64,000 nt of DNA from Stegostoma tigrinum (lineage: Eukaryota), in contig NC_081373.1 of the NCBI RefSeq assembly GCF_030684315.1, positions 40,463,989-40,527,988 of the forward strand. The letters are read 5' to 3'. Shown here one piece after another: positions 51,801 to 64,000 of this stretch (positions are counted from its first letter, which is position 1; the number at the start of each line of letters is the position of its first letter). The notes beneath the pieces are model-generated. The model saw only the letters and a program-made list of their open reading frames with translations. It did no database searches and was not told where the DNA came from. The translations under genes and the position numbers were made by a program.

Positions 51801-53011
51801 TTCTGTCAAAGATCCATGTAGCAACATTCCATGACTCTGCTTGTTACAGCCCTCTGCAAGGACATTGCTTCAACTTCATCTAATGGGGAAATTTGTCGTC
51901 CTTCACAGTATATTCCATCCCATCTGCCATTCAAGGGAATTAATACATTTGAAGGGATAGTTTGACTTATCTTTTGAGAATTGAAGGCTTCTGGAGCTTT
52001 TTGCATTCTGTTTGATTTATCTCGGATCTCTTCTGTTGCACTGTAGTGACACTGCTATGACATTCCAGGGCAGAGGGCATGGCTGTGCCACCATTTAGGC
52101 CAAGGTCAATGTGTTCTGCAGACAGATGATTCAGGCCCTGAAGAAGCATAAGGGCCAATGGAAGATCAGGTGTAATGAAGAATCAAAGTGCAGGACTGGA
52201 AAAAAACATGGTCAGTGAGATCCAGGCCATTTTAATTTGACAGAAAGATGAATAAGCTGGCCCAAATGCAACTTCAAAATGTGAGATGGGTGTCTACCTA
52301 TGCCAGGCCTTTGAATCCTGTGGGCCTTGATGGTAGTGTTACCATAGCTTTGCTGAGCTCAAGACTAACAACATGAAATGTGTTTACCCTGTCCGCATTG
52401 TTTATTACCTCCTCTAAGAACTCTGATATTTGTCAGAATGACATCCCTTCCACAGGCCAGACCTGAACTTCTTCGAAATCTGTATTGTTAAAATGCTTCA
52501 TTGTGGATAAAGTACACAGTAGATGCAGCAGCCTGATGTTAGGAATTGGAAATCATATATTGAGCAGAGATCAAAATACTGGAACAATTTTCACTTGAGC
52601 AGAGAAGGTAATGAAGGTGTTTAATGGAGAATTTTACACTATGAAAGGCATAGATAAAATAAAGAAAGAAGGATTGTGATCTGTCTTTGAGAATTATTGA
52701 TAAGGGATCTTCAAAATAAAATTACTACTAAGCTACTGAGGAGGTAAGTCTGGGGATTATTGATGTAAAGGATCATTCCCATGTGGAATGCTTTGGCATA
52801 TAAATCGATTAAGAAACTACTGCCTCTTTTCACTGGAAAATTGGACTAACATTTGAGACAAAGCACGTTACTGGGTAATGGAAGAAATAATTTGGGGCTG
52901 CTCGAGCAAACCGCTGGTACAGACCCAATGGGCAGAAAATTCTCCTTCTATAAATCTAAGGGACAAAGTACCTGGGCTGACAGGATGATAGACAAGGTGG
53001 TTTCAAAACAG

Positions 53012-53186
53012 AAACAAGGAACAGTAGATGCTGGAAATGACAAGCAAAAACAGAAATTGCTTTGAAAACTCAGCAGGTCTGGTAGCATCTGTTCAGAAAA
53101 AAACAGAATTAATGTTTCAGGTCCAGCGACCCTTCTTCAGAACCGGAAAAAGGTTCACTAGACCTAAAACATTAACTCTGCATTCT
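53012..53186. mobile_element. Older palindromic PLE end (third family)
   Basis: Minus-strand CTGAAGAAGGGTCGCTGGACCTGAAACATT facing a short inverted copy; related to 60891-61042. Confidence 0.7.
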
Positions 53187-54507
53187 GTAAATCAGGTGGT
53201 GTATTGATGGGACATATAAGAATTAGGAAAGCAAGCTGACTTTGCCAGTGTTACAGCCTATCAAAGCACCATATTAAATTACAATATTGAGTGGGAGAGG
53301 TAGTTGATATTAGAAGAGTGAAGCTGAGAAGTATTTGGCTAGTTTGAAACAGAATAAGGAGGCATATCTTGGTGTAGCTACTTGTGAAATTTTGATCCAT
53401 TTTAAGATTAAACGGTTTGAAGGGAACTCTCATGAGCTGAGAGTCAATGCAAGTTGCACCGAAGGTTGAAAAAGCCCAGACTTTGGTCATCAATCTAGTA
53501 GGGATTTGAATTACCTATTTAAAAGCCAATTGGTTCTCTCTGCTTCTCTTTGTCAAATGACCACTTGGCTCCTTACCAGAGGATTGGAACATGTTCCTTC
53601 ATGCACCATTATTGTGCATGACTGGTTGCTCTAACATACAGATGGTCTAGTACGAGAGGCAGTAAATAGTCACCATCATTGCTGCTTCAGAGTTGCACTC
53701 CAGTGTATTTATGGAGGAACAAATCTCCTGGGACTTTAGGCCCTTTGGTACTATAATTAAGTGACCAGCCATTGGATTAATTTGAGTCGAACCCTTGTCA
53801 TTTATGAATGTATCTCACTGAATATTAATATACTGTTATGTAAAATATGCCTGTCCCCATGGCCCACATACAGCATTTCAAAAGGAAATTTGTTTTAATC
53901 CTTAATGTCAACATTGTATCAACAGTGGCATGTTGTTAGTATTCCTTAATTCACCTCTACCACCATAGTTTCAACATTGAAAGGGCCAGGAGTAGCTGCA
54001 TGAAATTTTTCTTCTTTGGCTAAGTATTTCCTTGGCATCATAGAAACTGTCAGGTAAAATATTTCTATTGAAATCATTGTGTAAAATGGATTGATGCTGC
54101 TGAAATTCACATCACTTGCAATTTTTTTAAAAAAGTGCTGTCAGAGAAGAAACCGTCAATTCTTTCCTTGGACTTTATTAACCCGCAAATGAAAGGGCAG
54201 TTTTTAAAATACTTTTAAAGGTTTAAAGAATCGAGATGTGTTCTGTTTTAGAACATCATTTTTTACCTCTAGGATCTGGGCTCAAATGTAGTCTGGTATG
54301 AATCAGACAAAAGCCCTCACTTTCCGTAAGTTATTAAGGCCTCCACGACAAATGCACTTCAACACAGTCAACTTATTCAGATCCCACAGCAACTTCAGCC
54401 AAATTACAGCACTGACCACAATTCAGAAGTAATTGATATAAATTGAAGAACGTATATGCTACCATGAGCTATGGTTGACTGCTCTGCAAATACAAGTTGT
54501 GAAATTA

Positions 54508-55364
54508 TGGGATAGCAGGAATTGCAGATGCTGGAATCAGATATAGCAAAGTGTGGAGCTGGAGGAACACAGCAGGCCAGGCTGCATCAAAGGAGCAGGA
54601 GAGTTGATGTTTCAGGTCGGGACCCTTCTTCAGAAATGGGGAGAGGTAGGGAGCTCAGAAATAAATAGAGAGAGGGTGGGTGGGGCTGGGGGTGGTAGAT
54701 GGCACGGTGATGGGTGAGAGCAGGTAGGAAGTGGTGGGGATTGGTCAGTGAGGTGGGAGGAGCGGACGGGTGGGAGGGAAGATGGAGAGGTTGTGTCAGG
54801 TCAAGGAGGCAGGGATGAGAGGGAGGGTTGGTCATGGGATGCAGCCGGGGCGTGGTGGGGAGATTTCGACACTGGTAAAATTCATATTCAGGCCATCGGG
54901 CTGTAAGCTCCAGAGGCAGAATATGAGGTCCTCCAATTTGCAGGTGGCGCCGTTGTAACACTGGAGGAGGCCCAGGATGGACAGTGTCACAATGACGCCA
55001 AATGCAAACTGGAGGAGCACTACCTCATATTCTGCCTCGAGAGCCTACAGCCCGATGGCCTGAATGTGAATTTTACCAGTTTCAAAATCACCCCACTGCC
55101 CCCCTACCTCCGGCTTCATCCCATGGCCAACCCTCCCTCTCATCCCCGCCTCCTTTACCTGACACCTTGCTGACCAATCCGCACCACTGCCTACTTGCAC
55201 TCACCCATCACCATCCCACCTCCCTTCCCCACCTCTCCCTATTTATTTCTGAGCTCCCCCGTCCCTTCCCATTTCTGAAGAAGGTCCCGAATTGAAACAT
55301 CAGCTTCCTGTTCCTCTGTGTCTTCCTGGTCTGCTGTGTTCCTCCATCTCCACACTGAGTAATG
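54508..55364. mobile_element. PLE with inverted 3' halves (GIY-YIG C-terminal fragments on both strands)
   Basis: ILGLLQCYNGATCKLEDLIFCLWSLQPDGLNMNFTS on the minus strand and KLEEHYLIFCLESLQPDGLNVNFTSF on the plus strand; hammerhead-like motifs near both ends; imperfect TSD G(T/C)GAAATTA. Confidence 0.88.
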
Positions 55365-56334
55365 GCGAAATTAGGAATAGCTTTTTTAAAAATTTGACTT
55401 AGTCAAAGAGTCATACATCACGATGACAGATCCTTCAGTCCAACTTCAATCAGGTCGCCTCTCAATCTCCTACGCTCCAGTGAAAAAAGTCCCAGCCTAT
55501 GCGGCCTATTTTTTATAACTCAAACCCTCTGAACCCTTCCAGCTTAATAATATCCTTCCAATACATGGATGACTAGAATTTGACACGATACTACAGAAGA
55601 GGCCTCACCAATGTCCTGTATAACCTCAACATGACTCCCTAACTCCTATACTTCAAGACATACTGTTCAGAACAGTGTAGAGGAATCACCATTGTACTTG
55701 GTAAGTAATAGCGACAGAGTTTAATTCCTGCTTCATTAACTTGGAAAACACACAAATGTAAAATACATTAAATTTTAAGACTCTCGAACCATCTCATCCC
55801 TTATATCAACATGCTGTTTTGATATATCATTGTTTCTTCCAAGGTTAATCAAATGTGAAATAAACTGGAAATAGTATAAACTATTGTTTCATGCTGCAGT
55901 TCGAGATGATGGGGTAAACCAAAATATAGCTACAAAAGTAATTGTTTCGCCATGGTTCATCTCTCATTATTAAAGCAATAAGGAATATAGCAACAGGAGT
56001 AGTTTTAGTTTTGAGCCTATGCCATCATTCAATAAAATCATTGCTGATCTCCATATACTTTGCTATATCTTCTTAACATAATGACTTAGAAAAGGGCTTT
56101 CAATCCCAGATTCAGAATTAACAATTGTTTAAATATCAACTGCTGTTTGCAGCAGAGAGTTTGAAACTTCTACCACTTCCTATGTTGAAAATTGATTCCT
56201 AACTCGATCACCGAAAGGTCTGCCTCTAATTTCTAAGCTGTGTCTCCAAATCTTAGACTCTAAACCAACAGAAATAAAAAAAATCTGCTATTTCTATCCT
56301 TGATCCTGAGTACTGCTAGAGAGTCTCCACACAT

Positions 56335-56600
56335 AGTTCAGAAGCAGCATCTTCATCTTTGAACCAGGCAAATAACAGGTTTCTGGTCTCGACATTGAAT
56401 CCAACAATTTTAGATTATAAGTTCTACTCTCCATTTTGTTTCTTTTCTTGCCCTTTTGCCCTGAAGGGCCAACTGCTCTGTCATTCTCCCTCTCCTTCCC
56501 TGGATCCTATCACAGACTTTCCTTTTGCCCTTGTCCCACCTGTTGTATGTGAACCTAAACGGTTTACCAATTGGAAGAAAGGGATAAATATCATCTAGAC
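56335..56600 (+). mobile_element. Old PLE fragment (GIY-YIG C-terminus)
   Basis: Decayed KQH.LIF...QVSGLDIESNNFRL* followed by a pyrimidine-rich 3' region. Confidence 0.6.
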
Positions 56601-57169
56601 ATTCACATGGACAATCTCACAGAGAGATGGAATTTCTTATGTAACTTGTATATAGTGAATTAATGCAAGACATTTTATTGTTTGCTGGACTCTTTATATC
56701 TCTACAAACTACACCAAGAAGTAAACAATTCTCCTCCACCACGGACAGGCAGCAATGGTCACAAAATGGCAGCAATGGTGGTGGCCATTGGAAGTTGCAA
56801 ACAAAAGTGGGCCTAACAAGAATCACATCTAGCAAGATCCAACTTCAACCTGAAAGGAGATTGCGAACTTGCAAGCAGATCCATAGGAGGACTGGAGCCA
56901 AAGGGATGAAGAAAATCCATAACTGGGAAATCCAGGCTGAAGGGTGATGTTCTGTGTGAATGGTCCTGATTTTGTATTTAAGCTGGTAAACTAAGGAAGG
57001 ACAATGATTAGGTGAGAAAACATTTGATAGGCTTGGAAAAGCTTAGTACATGGCGCAAAAATAATCACACTTTAAAATTAAAACCTCTATGACTCCATTC
57101 TGGAATGACACCAGTGCTCACAAGGGAAAAGCAGGAAAGAAACAGCAAAGAGCTAAGAAAACACCATCT

Positions 57170-59528
57170 TGGTAGCCCAGAGAAAGTAGATTCATCATTC
57201 AGTTATAGCAACTATAGGAAGGATAGAAAAGGAGGCAAAAAAGGAGAGTCAGTGAAAATATGGGTAGAAATTACAAATAAGAAAGGAAAGACCACTTTGA
57301 TGGGTTTGTACTGTAGCCCCTTCACGAGTAAGGGAGAAATTGAGAAATAAATATGTAGGGAAATCTCAGACATACTTAAGCATAATAAGGTTGTACTAAT
57401 GAGGGATTTTAATTTTCCAAACGGTGACTGGAACTATCACCGTGTTAAAGATTTGGATGGTGAAGGCATTCAAGAGTGTGATGATGAGAGTTCAGAGGCA
57501 TTTTGTTCCTGGTAGGGAGAAGGGTAGGGCTGGTAGGATTGAGGAACAATGGATGAATAAAGATATTGAGGCTCTAGTCAAGGATAAAAGTGAATTTTTT
57601 TTTAGATATAGACAACTTGATTCAATTGAATCTCTTAATCAATGCAAGGAGTGTATGGGCATTCTTAAGAGAAAAATCAGCAAAGTAAAGAGGGGATATG
57701 AGATAGTATTGGCAGATAAGGTTAAGGATAATCCAAAGAGATTCTACAAATACATTAAGAGCTACAGGGTAACTAGAGTGAGGATTGGGTCTCTTAAAGA
57801 TCAAGGAGGTTGTCTTTGTGTTGAACCCCAGGAGATGGGAGGGATACTAAATGACTATTTCTTGTCAATTTTTACTGTGGAGAAAGAAATGGAGTCTAGA
57901 GAATGCAGAGAAATAAACTTTGATGTTTTACAAATAGTTCACATTACAGAAGACGAAGTTTTGGAGGTCTTAGAGTATATAAAGGTGGATAAATCTTTGG
58001 GACCTGATCTAATGTATCCCAGATACATTAAGGAAGGAAATTACTAGACCCCTTGGAGAAATATTTGCATCCTCTATTACTACAAGTGAAATGCCTGATG
58101 ACTGGAAGTGGCTAATGTTGTACCTTTGTTTAAGAAGGGTTATAAGGAGAAATCGGTGAACTATAGGCCTGTGAGTCAGACTATGGCTATAGGTAAATTG
58201 TTGGATGAGATCATAAAAGATATGATTTATGGACACTTAGACAGGCAGAAATTGAATAGTCAGCGTGGTTTTATGCAAGAAAAATCGTGTCTTACAAACT
58301 TGATTGAGTTTTTTGAGGAAGTTACCAAAAAGGTTGATGACGGCAGAGCAGAAGATGTTGTTTATTTGGATTTTAGTAAAGCCTTTGACAAGGTTCCACA
58401 CGGTTGACTAATTAGTAAAATTAAGTCACATGGGATTCAGGGTGAGCTTGCCAATTGGATACAAACTTGGCTTAATGGCAGGAGACAGGGAGTAATGATG
58501 GAGGGTTGCTTTTCAAATCGGAGGCCTGTGACCAGTCGTATTCCACACAGATCGGTTCTGAATCCTCTTTTGTTTGTCATTTATATAAATGATTTGGATG
58601 AGAATACAGAAGGTATGGTTAGTAAATTTGTGGATGACACCAAAATTGATGGCTTAATCTAGAGGGAAGAAGGTTTTCTAAGATTGCAGAGGGGTCTTGA
58701 TCAAATGGGTCAAGGGGTTGAAAAATAGCTGATGGAGTTCAACCAGGACAAATAAGACATGTTGCATTTTGGTACAACAAACAAGGGTAGGGCTTATACA
58801 ATTAATGTTAGGGCCTTGGGTAGTGTTTTAGAACAGAGGGACGTAGGGGTGCAGGTACATAATTCTTTAAAGTTTGTGTCACATATAGACAGGATGGTTA
58901 AAAGGGAATTTTGCACACTTGCTTTCATTGCTCAGTCCTTTGGATACAGGAGTTGGGACATTATATTGAGGTTGTACAGGACATTGGTGAGGTCTCGTCT
59001 GGAATACAGTGTCCAATTCCGGTCGCCCAGTTATTGGAAGGATATTACCAAGCTCGAGAAGGTTCAGATGAGATTTACCGGGCTGTTCCTGGGTATGGAA
59101 CATTTGAGTTATAAGGAAAGGCTGGATAGCCTGGGACATTTTTCACTGGACCATAGGAGGTTGAGAGGTGACCTGATAGAAATTTATAAAATAATCAGAG
59201 GTACAGATAGAGTTGATGTTAGTTGTCTTTTCAAACGATGGTGAATTTCATGACTAGAGGGCACATTTTTATGGTCAGAAGAAAAACATTTTAAAAAGAA
59301 GTAATTTTTTTTGCAGAGCGGTGAATTGCGTACAGAATGAACTTCCTGATGAAGTGGTGGATGCAGGTACAATTACAATGTTTAAAAGAAATTTGAATGG
59401 ATACATGGAGAGGAAAGGCTGGGAGGGATATCGACCAGGAGCAGGCAGGTCGGATTAGTTTAGTTTAGGATTATGTTTGGCATGGACTAGTTGGGCCAAA
59501 GGGCCTACTTCTATGCTTACGACTCCAT
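57170..59528 (+). mobile_element. CR1 LINE, degraded (APE fragment, RT, 3' UTR)
   Basis: IWVEITNKKGKTTLMGLYC, DFNFP, KDNPKRFYKYIK, ANVVPLFKKG..NYRPVS, YLDFSKAFDKVPH, FVDDTKI, LVRSRLEYSVQF. Confidence 0.94.
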
Positions 59529-59684
59529 GGTTTTCAAAACTTTAAAGATACATTTCTGGTCAAACAGGGAGATTTTTCAATGGGAAGTAATGGAGTTGGG
59601 GGCACTCAGAAAATTTTATTCATTCACAGGATGTGGGCATTGCTGGACAGGCCCACACTTGTTGTCCATTTCTAAACTGATTGA

Positions 59685-60140
59685 TTTATTATTATCACAT
59701 GTACTGAGATACAGTGAAGATTGTTATTTTGTGTGCTATACAGGAAGATCGTACCATACATAGTGCATCGGGGAGCAGAACAGAATGCAGAATACAGTGT
59801 TACAGCCACAACAAAGGTGCAGAGAGACACACAGATCAGAATTAACATTTGAGAGGTTCATTCAACAGTCTGATAACAGTGGAGAAGAAGCTGTTCTTGC
59901 ATCCATTTGTATGTGTATTCAAACGTTTACATCTTCTATCCAATGAATGAGGGTAGAAGTAAGTATAAATGAGGTGGGAGGGATCTCTCATTATGTAGGT
60001 TGCTTTCCCAAAGCTGAGGGAAGTACAGATGGAGTCAGTGGATGAAAGGTTGATTGGCCTGATGAACTGGACTGTGTTCACAACTCTGTAGTTTCTTGCG
60101 GACTTAGGAAGAGCAGTTGTCAGACTACGCTCTGATTGCC
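59685..60140 (-). mobile_element. Rex1/Babar-clade LINE 3' end
   Basis: VVNTVQFI..NLSSTDSICTS..GKATYIMRDPSH..HTNGCKNSFFSTVIRLLN, typical Rex1-type C-terminus. Confidence 0.75.
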
Positions 60141-60663
60141 TAGGGAGCAACTAAGAGTCAATCACTTTGCTGTGGGTGTGGTGCCACATGTAGGCCAGAT
60201 CAGATAAGGACAGCTGTTTCCTTCCCTAAAAGGACATTAGTAAACCAGATAGGCTTTTCCTGAAAAGTCACAACTATCTTATGGTCCTCATTAGGTTCTT
60301 AATTCAATATTTTTTATTGAATTCAACTTCTACCATTTGACATGACAGGATTTGAACCTATGCCTGGGACATTATCAGGGTCTCTAGGTTAACAGTCCAG
60401 TAAAAACACCATTATGCTGTTGTATGATTATAATGAGGCCAGCCAGGTGGACCTCACAGAAGATTCCTGATTGACGCTGGTAATCTGGTCCAATCAAGGA
60501 GCCCTGGCTGACAGATTATAAACAGCTATGTCAGAGATTGTGCTCAACCTGAGACCTGGCTTTGAGGGAGCTGGATCAGTGTCAACAATTTTGGATGTGT
60601 AAATAAAGGGAGGCTTGGTGATGGGATACTGGCTTCTGTGGAGTTACTTTGGCCATCACTCCC
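60141..60663 (-). mobile_element. tRNA-derived SINE interrupted near its 5' end by a solo LTR
   Basis: SINE body 60141-60412; its 5' terminus (GGGAGTGATGGCC) resumes at 60651-60663. Confidence 0.7.
60415..60650 (+). mobile_element. Short solo LTR
   Basis: CCAAT, TATAAA and AATAAA in LTR order within ~240 bp; sits inside a SINE. Confidence 0.65.
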
Positions 60664-60699
60664 AAAAACTACCGAGAAAACCTCTATCAATGCAAGGTA

Positions 60700-63200
60700 A
60701 CTGAAAACAGAGAATAATGATGCCTAACAAGCAAAACAGGATGTGGCACAAGATAAGTAATTGCCAGGAATATTTAATTATAGAGACCGACATGATCAGA
60801 CACAGAATTGGGTATCATGGAAAAGGCAGTTTTTAAAATACGGAAGTGCTTCAAAATTAGACAGCAAGACTAATGCAAAACAAGTTAATATGTTATGTTC
60901 CGAAGAAGGGTCGCTGGACCCAAAATGCTAACTTTGAATCATGTCCACAGATGCTGCCAGATCTCCTCAGATTTTCCAGCAATTTCTATTTTTGTTTTAG
61001 TTCCTGATTTTTCCTGATCTGCAGTTCTCTCGATTCTTTGTAAAGTTAATACATCTCTTTGTTCCATTATAATCATAAGAGATAATGTTGAGGTGTTAAT
61101 CAAATGGCGAAGGAACATCAGACAAATCTGAAAAAGTTCTGGAAGCTTTTGATATAACTTTAATAAATTTCAATTGGAGTTCAGAAAGTTGGTGAATCAA
61201 TGGATGATTTTATTAATGGGAACTTGTGCACATGAGTTGAGATATCTGAATATGGAAATTAGAAGACAGAATTGATCAGAGACTGCTTAGTTTTATGTTT
61301 GGCTCAGGAGCCTTTGTCAGCTTGATTACAGGCAAAACAAACCTCACTGTAGAAAGGCATTTAATTGATAAGACAGGCAGAGGTCCTGAAGCAAAATAGA
61401 TCAATCGCAGAGAAGAGGAAAAACCTTGATGCATGAGATCTAGAGAATGTATTCATTCTCTTAAGAACAAGACAATAAAATAAACAAAAGAGAATATGAC
61501 ACAACTGATAGGACAATGACAGGGAGATCAGACATCCTCAGCAATGTCGTGGTACGTAAAACCTCCCAGATATGATCCGTAGCCATTTCAGAGAACTGCT
61601 TCCTTGCACTGAAAACAGTCATTTTCAGAAGGTGTGTTGAAGCAAAATAATGAGAATACAATATCTTCATGCAAAAATCTATCAACAAAATTGAACAACT
61701 CTCACCAGAAGATGAACCTAAATTTGTCCTTGGTGAGGAATTATTCTGACCAGACATTTTGACATGCAGACATATTATTGGCATCTTGCAAATTTCAAGC
61801 CAGGCACAGGACCCTGGTTGGCAAAACACTGCCTAGAACCAACCAAAATTCAATTTTCATTGTCCAGAAGAACTAAATTAAATATTAAAAGGTACACTAT
61901 GAGTAAATCTCCAACATAGGAGAAATCAAACAATAAACAATTTAGGTGTCTTCTATGATCAAAAGGTTTCAGTTTTGAACAGAAGAGCAAGAATTGACCT
62001 GAATCTTATTCAGTAAATGAAGCAAATTCATAAACAGAAGGAAAAAACTGTTCCAAGTTTTCAGAAAATTGAGGATGAACATAAGTGCTAAACCTACATG
62101 TCTTTATAGGCCCAGAAAAATACCACAACAATTAATGAAGCAATTGAATAGTGAACTGGAAGAGCTGAGAAGATTAGAAATCCTTTTCCCAGTCTTGCAG
62201 CCAACAGCAGAGTACTGGCACAAAATCCCTGACAGTATTGTTCTTTTTTTTGTTGATCTCACAAAGAAGTCAGTAGCAAGAGAAATCTACAGCAGATGAA
62301 AATTTAGCACAATTATCAAAATACAGAGTATTCACATAGCTTGATGCCAATATTGTTTTTGATTGGTCCCATTAAACAAACAAGCAAGGCAGCTAGCAAC
62401 TTTAATAAATCTACTTGGAAGATTTTACTTCAATTGCTTACCATTTGGTATGGCATCAGCACCAGAAATCTTCCTAAGGACAATGTTCCCTTTACTTGAA
62501 AGACTTAATGGACTAATGAACAGACCAATTCTAATTCATCAACAGGAAGAAAGCCTTGCATTTAATGATGTGTGACTTCTCCATGATGTCCATTCACTTT
62601 TTGGGACACATTATCAAAAATAATGAACCACAAAAGACAATAACCATTACAGAATTTTCAACTCCAGAAGTGGTCCAGCATCTTCAAAGTTTTGTGGGGA
62701 TAGCCAATCATTTTGCAAAGAGGTGGTTGATCTGGATAGACCACTGACTATCATTGGTAGGCAACTGTGGTCACAACACCAGCTATGTCTTGCATCTTTA
62801 ACTTTTCCCAGTTCCGGTAAAACATCACGGTTTGGTTTACCTCTCTACGCAGATCTTGCCTAACCTGCTGAGCATTTTTCTAGCATTTTCTGTTTTTGTT
62901 TCCGGATTTCAACATATGAAGCACTCTGCTTTCAACAGTAACAGTACTGAGTCAGTTTCCCTTATTACCGTGAAAACTTTGATTAATTCACCCCAACTTT
63001 CAAAATTCCAGGGAATACAACTCAAGTAGGAAACGCCTCCTGATAATTTAACAGTTGGAATCCAGAAATCATCCTGATAAACATATATTCCGCACACTCT
63101 GAGATATTCAGCCCTTATGACATTCCATAAATACAATGATGGGGTCTTTATCTGCAGGATATTTATGCCTGATGAGCTAGTAATTATGTTGATTCCAAGA
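60700..63200 (+). mobile_element. Gypsy internal region, highly degraded (gag, RT, partial IN)
   Basis: GESMDDFIN..ELIRDCLV (gag), RPRKIPQQLMKQLNSELEEL, LLGRFYFNCLPFGMASAPEIF, IHFLGHII, LQSFVGIANH. Confidence 0.78.
60891..61042 (+). mobile_element. PLE third-family 3' end inserted in the Gypsy gag
   Basis: Decayed hammerhead CCGAAGAAGGGTCGCTGGACCCAAAAT; 9-bp TSD AAGTTAATA (60882-60890 / 61043-61051). Confidence 0.75.
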
Positions 63201-63229
63201 ACATAAGAACTAGATGTGGACAATGTCGT

Positions 63230-63630
63230 ACTGATGGGTTCAATTGGTGTTTACTACAGCTCCTGATATTTACATACAGTGCAAAACAGCCAACTTGATT
63301 GGCACCACATCCACCCACCATCGACGCTCAGTAGTAGCTAGTGTGTGCTAACTACAGGATGGACTGCAGAAATTGACACAGGGTTCTGAGTCAGCACCTT
63401 CCAAACCCACAACCACTTCCTTCTAGATGGACAAAGGCAGCAACTGGAGTCACCACCACCTGCCAGTTTCCCTCCAAACCACTCACCAACTTGACGTGGA
63501 AATATCTCACCATTCCTTCTGTGTCACTGGGTCAAAATCCACCCTAACAACACCATGGGTCTACCTACAGCAGCTAACTAGCAGCACCCATGTTCCACAA
63601 GTGAATGAAAAGAAAACCAGGCACAGCCAT
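63230..63630 (+). mobile_element. CR1-like LINE (second lineage) 3' fragment
   Basis: Homologous to the reverse complement of 30560-30920. Confidence 0.75.
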
Positions 63631-64000
63631 GTCTAGGATAATATGTAAACTGCTGCATGCTTCTCTCAGCATGTCACGCTGCAACTGCCTCCAATAAGAT
63701 CGAGACTGAGACCTGAATACAGTCCGGTCACGTGCTGTGATACAATGATGAAATCATGAGTATGTCTGTTCAAGGCATATTGCAAACTAATATCTCATGA
63801 GATACAGCACAACACCCTCTTAGATCAGTATATCCACCCTAAGGTGTGGTGCACAATATCACTCCCAGTACTCCGGGTTTGCTCTAACTAGGACTTTGTA
63901 CAATATAAAATAACTTTGACTCCCTTGTGTTCAAATCCATGAGATATAAAAGTAAGAATTCCATTAACCATTTTAAAAACAATTTTCAACACATATTCAT

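Noticed and set aside
50400-52400. Higher-GC stretch that may be an old TE or coding remnant
   Set aside because: Only weak, inconsistent motifs; could not assign a family or frame.
60415-63200. LTR plus Gypsy internal region as one intact provirus
   Set aside because: The LTR is embedded in a SINE whose 5' end resumes after it and no PBS follows, so it is a separate solo LTR.

Overview
Vertebrate genomic DNA from a cartilaginous fish. The HE1-type V-SINEs, DeuSINE, abundant CR1 LINEs and the Penelope-like repeat family point to an elasmobranch, probably an orectolobiform shark (inference). The only host coding sequence I can find is the terminal coding exon of DNTT (terminal deoxynucleotidyltransferase, TdT) on the minus strand at 16283-16369 ([28 protein letters not shown]). 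It has a canonical acceptor and a candidate polyA signal at 16088-16093. I could not find the preceding exon anywhere in 16370-64000, so everything to the right appears to be one >47 kb last intron; 1-16000 is downstream flank. The rest is nested transposon debris: CR1 and CR1-like LINEs, a near full-length Tx1 LINE, a Gmr1-type Gypsy (integrase upstream of RT), two other Gypsy remnants, a Rex1/Babar fragment, Harbinger-type Myb/SANT remnants and three SINE families. The most interesting signal is a family of short Penelope-like-element (PLE) derivatives of 93-1250 bp. They carry minimal hammerhead ribozyme motifs, have clean 9-16 bp target-site duplications and often form near-perfect palindromes. 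Three hammerhead motifs lie in tandem on the DNTT sense strand at 26741-27044. A separate 128-bp-arm fold-back palindrome sits inside the dead Tx1 element. All family assignments are from motif recognition, not database searches; TE boundaries without TSDs are approximate.
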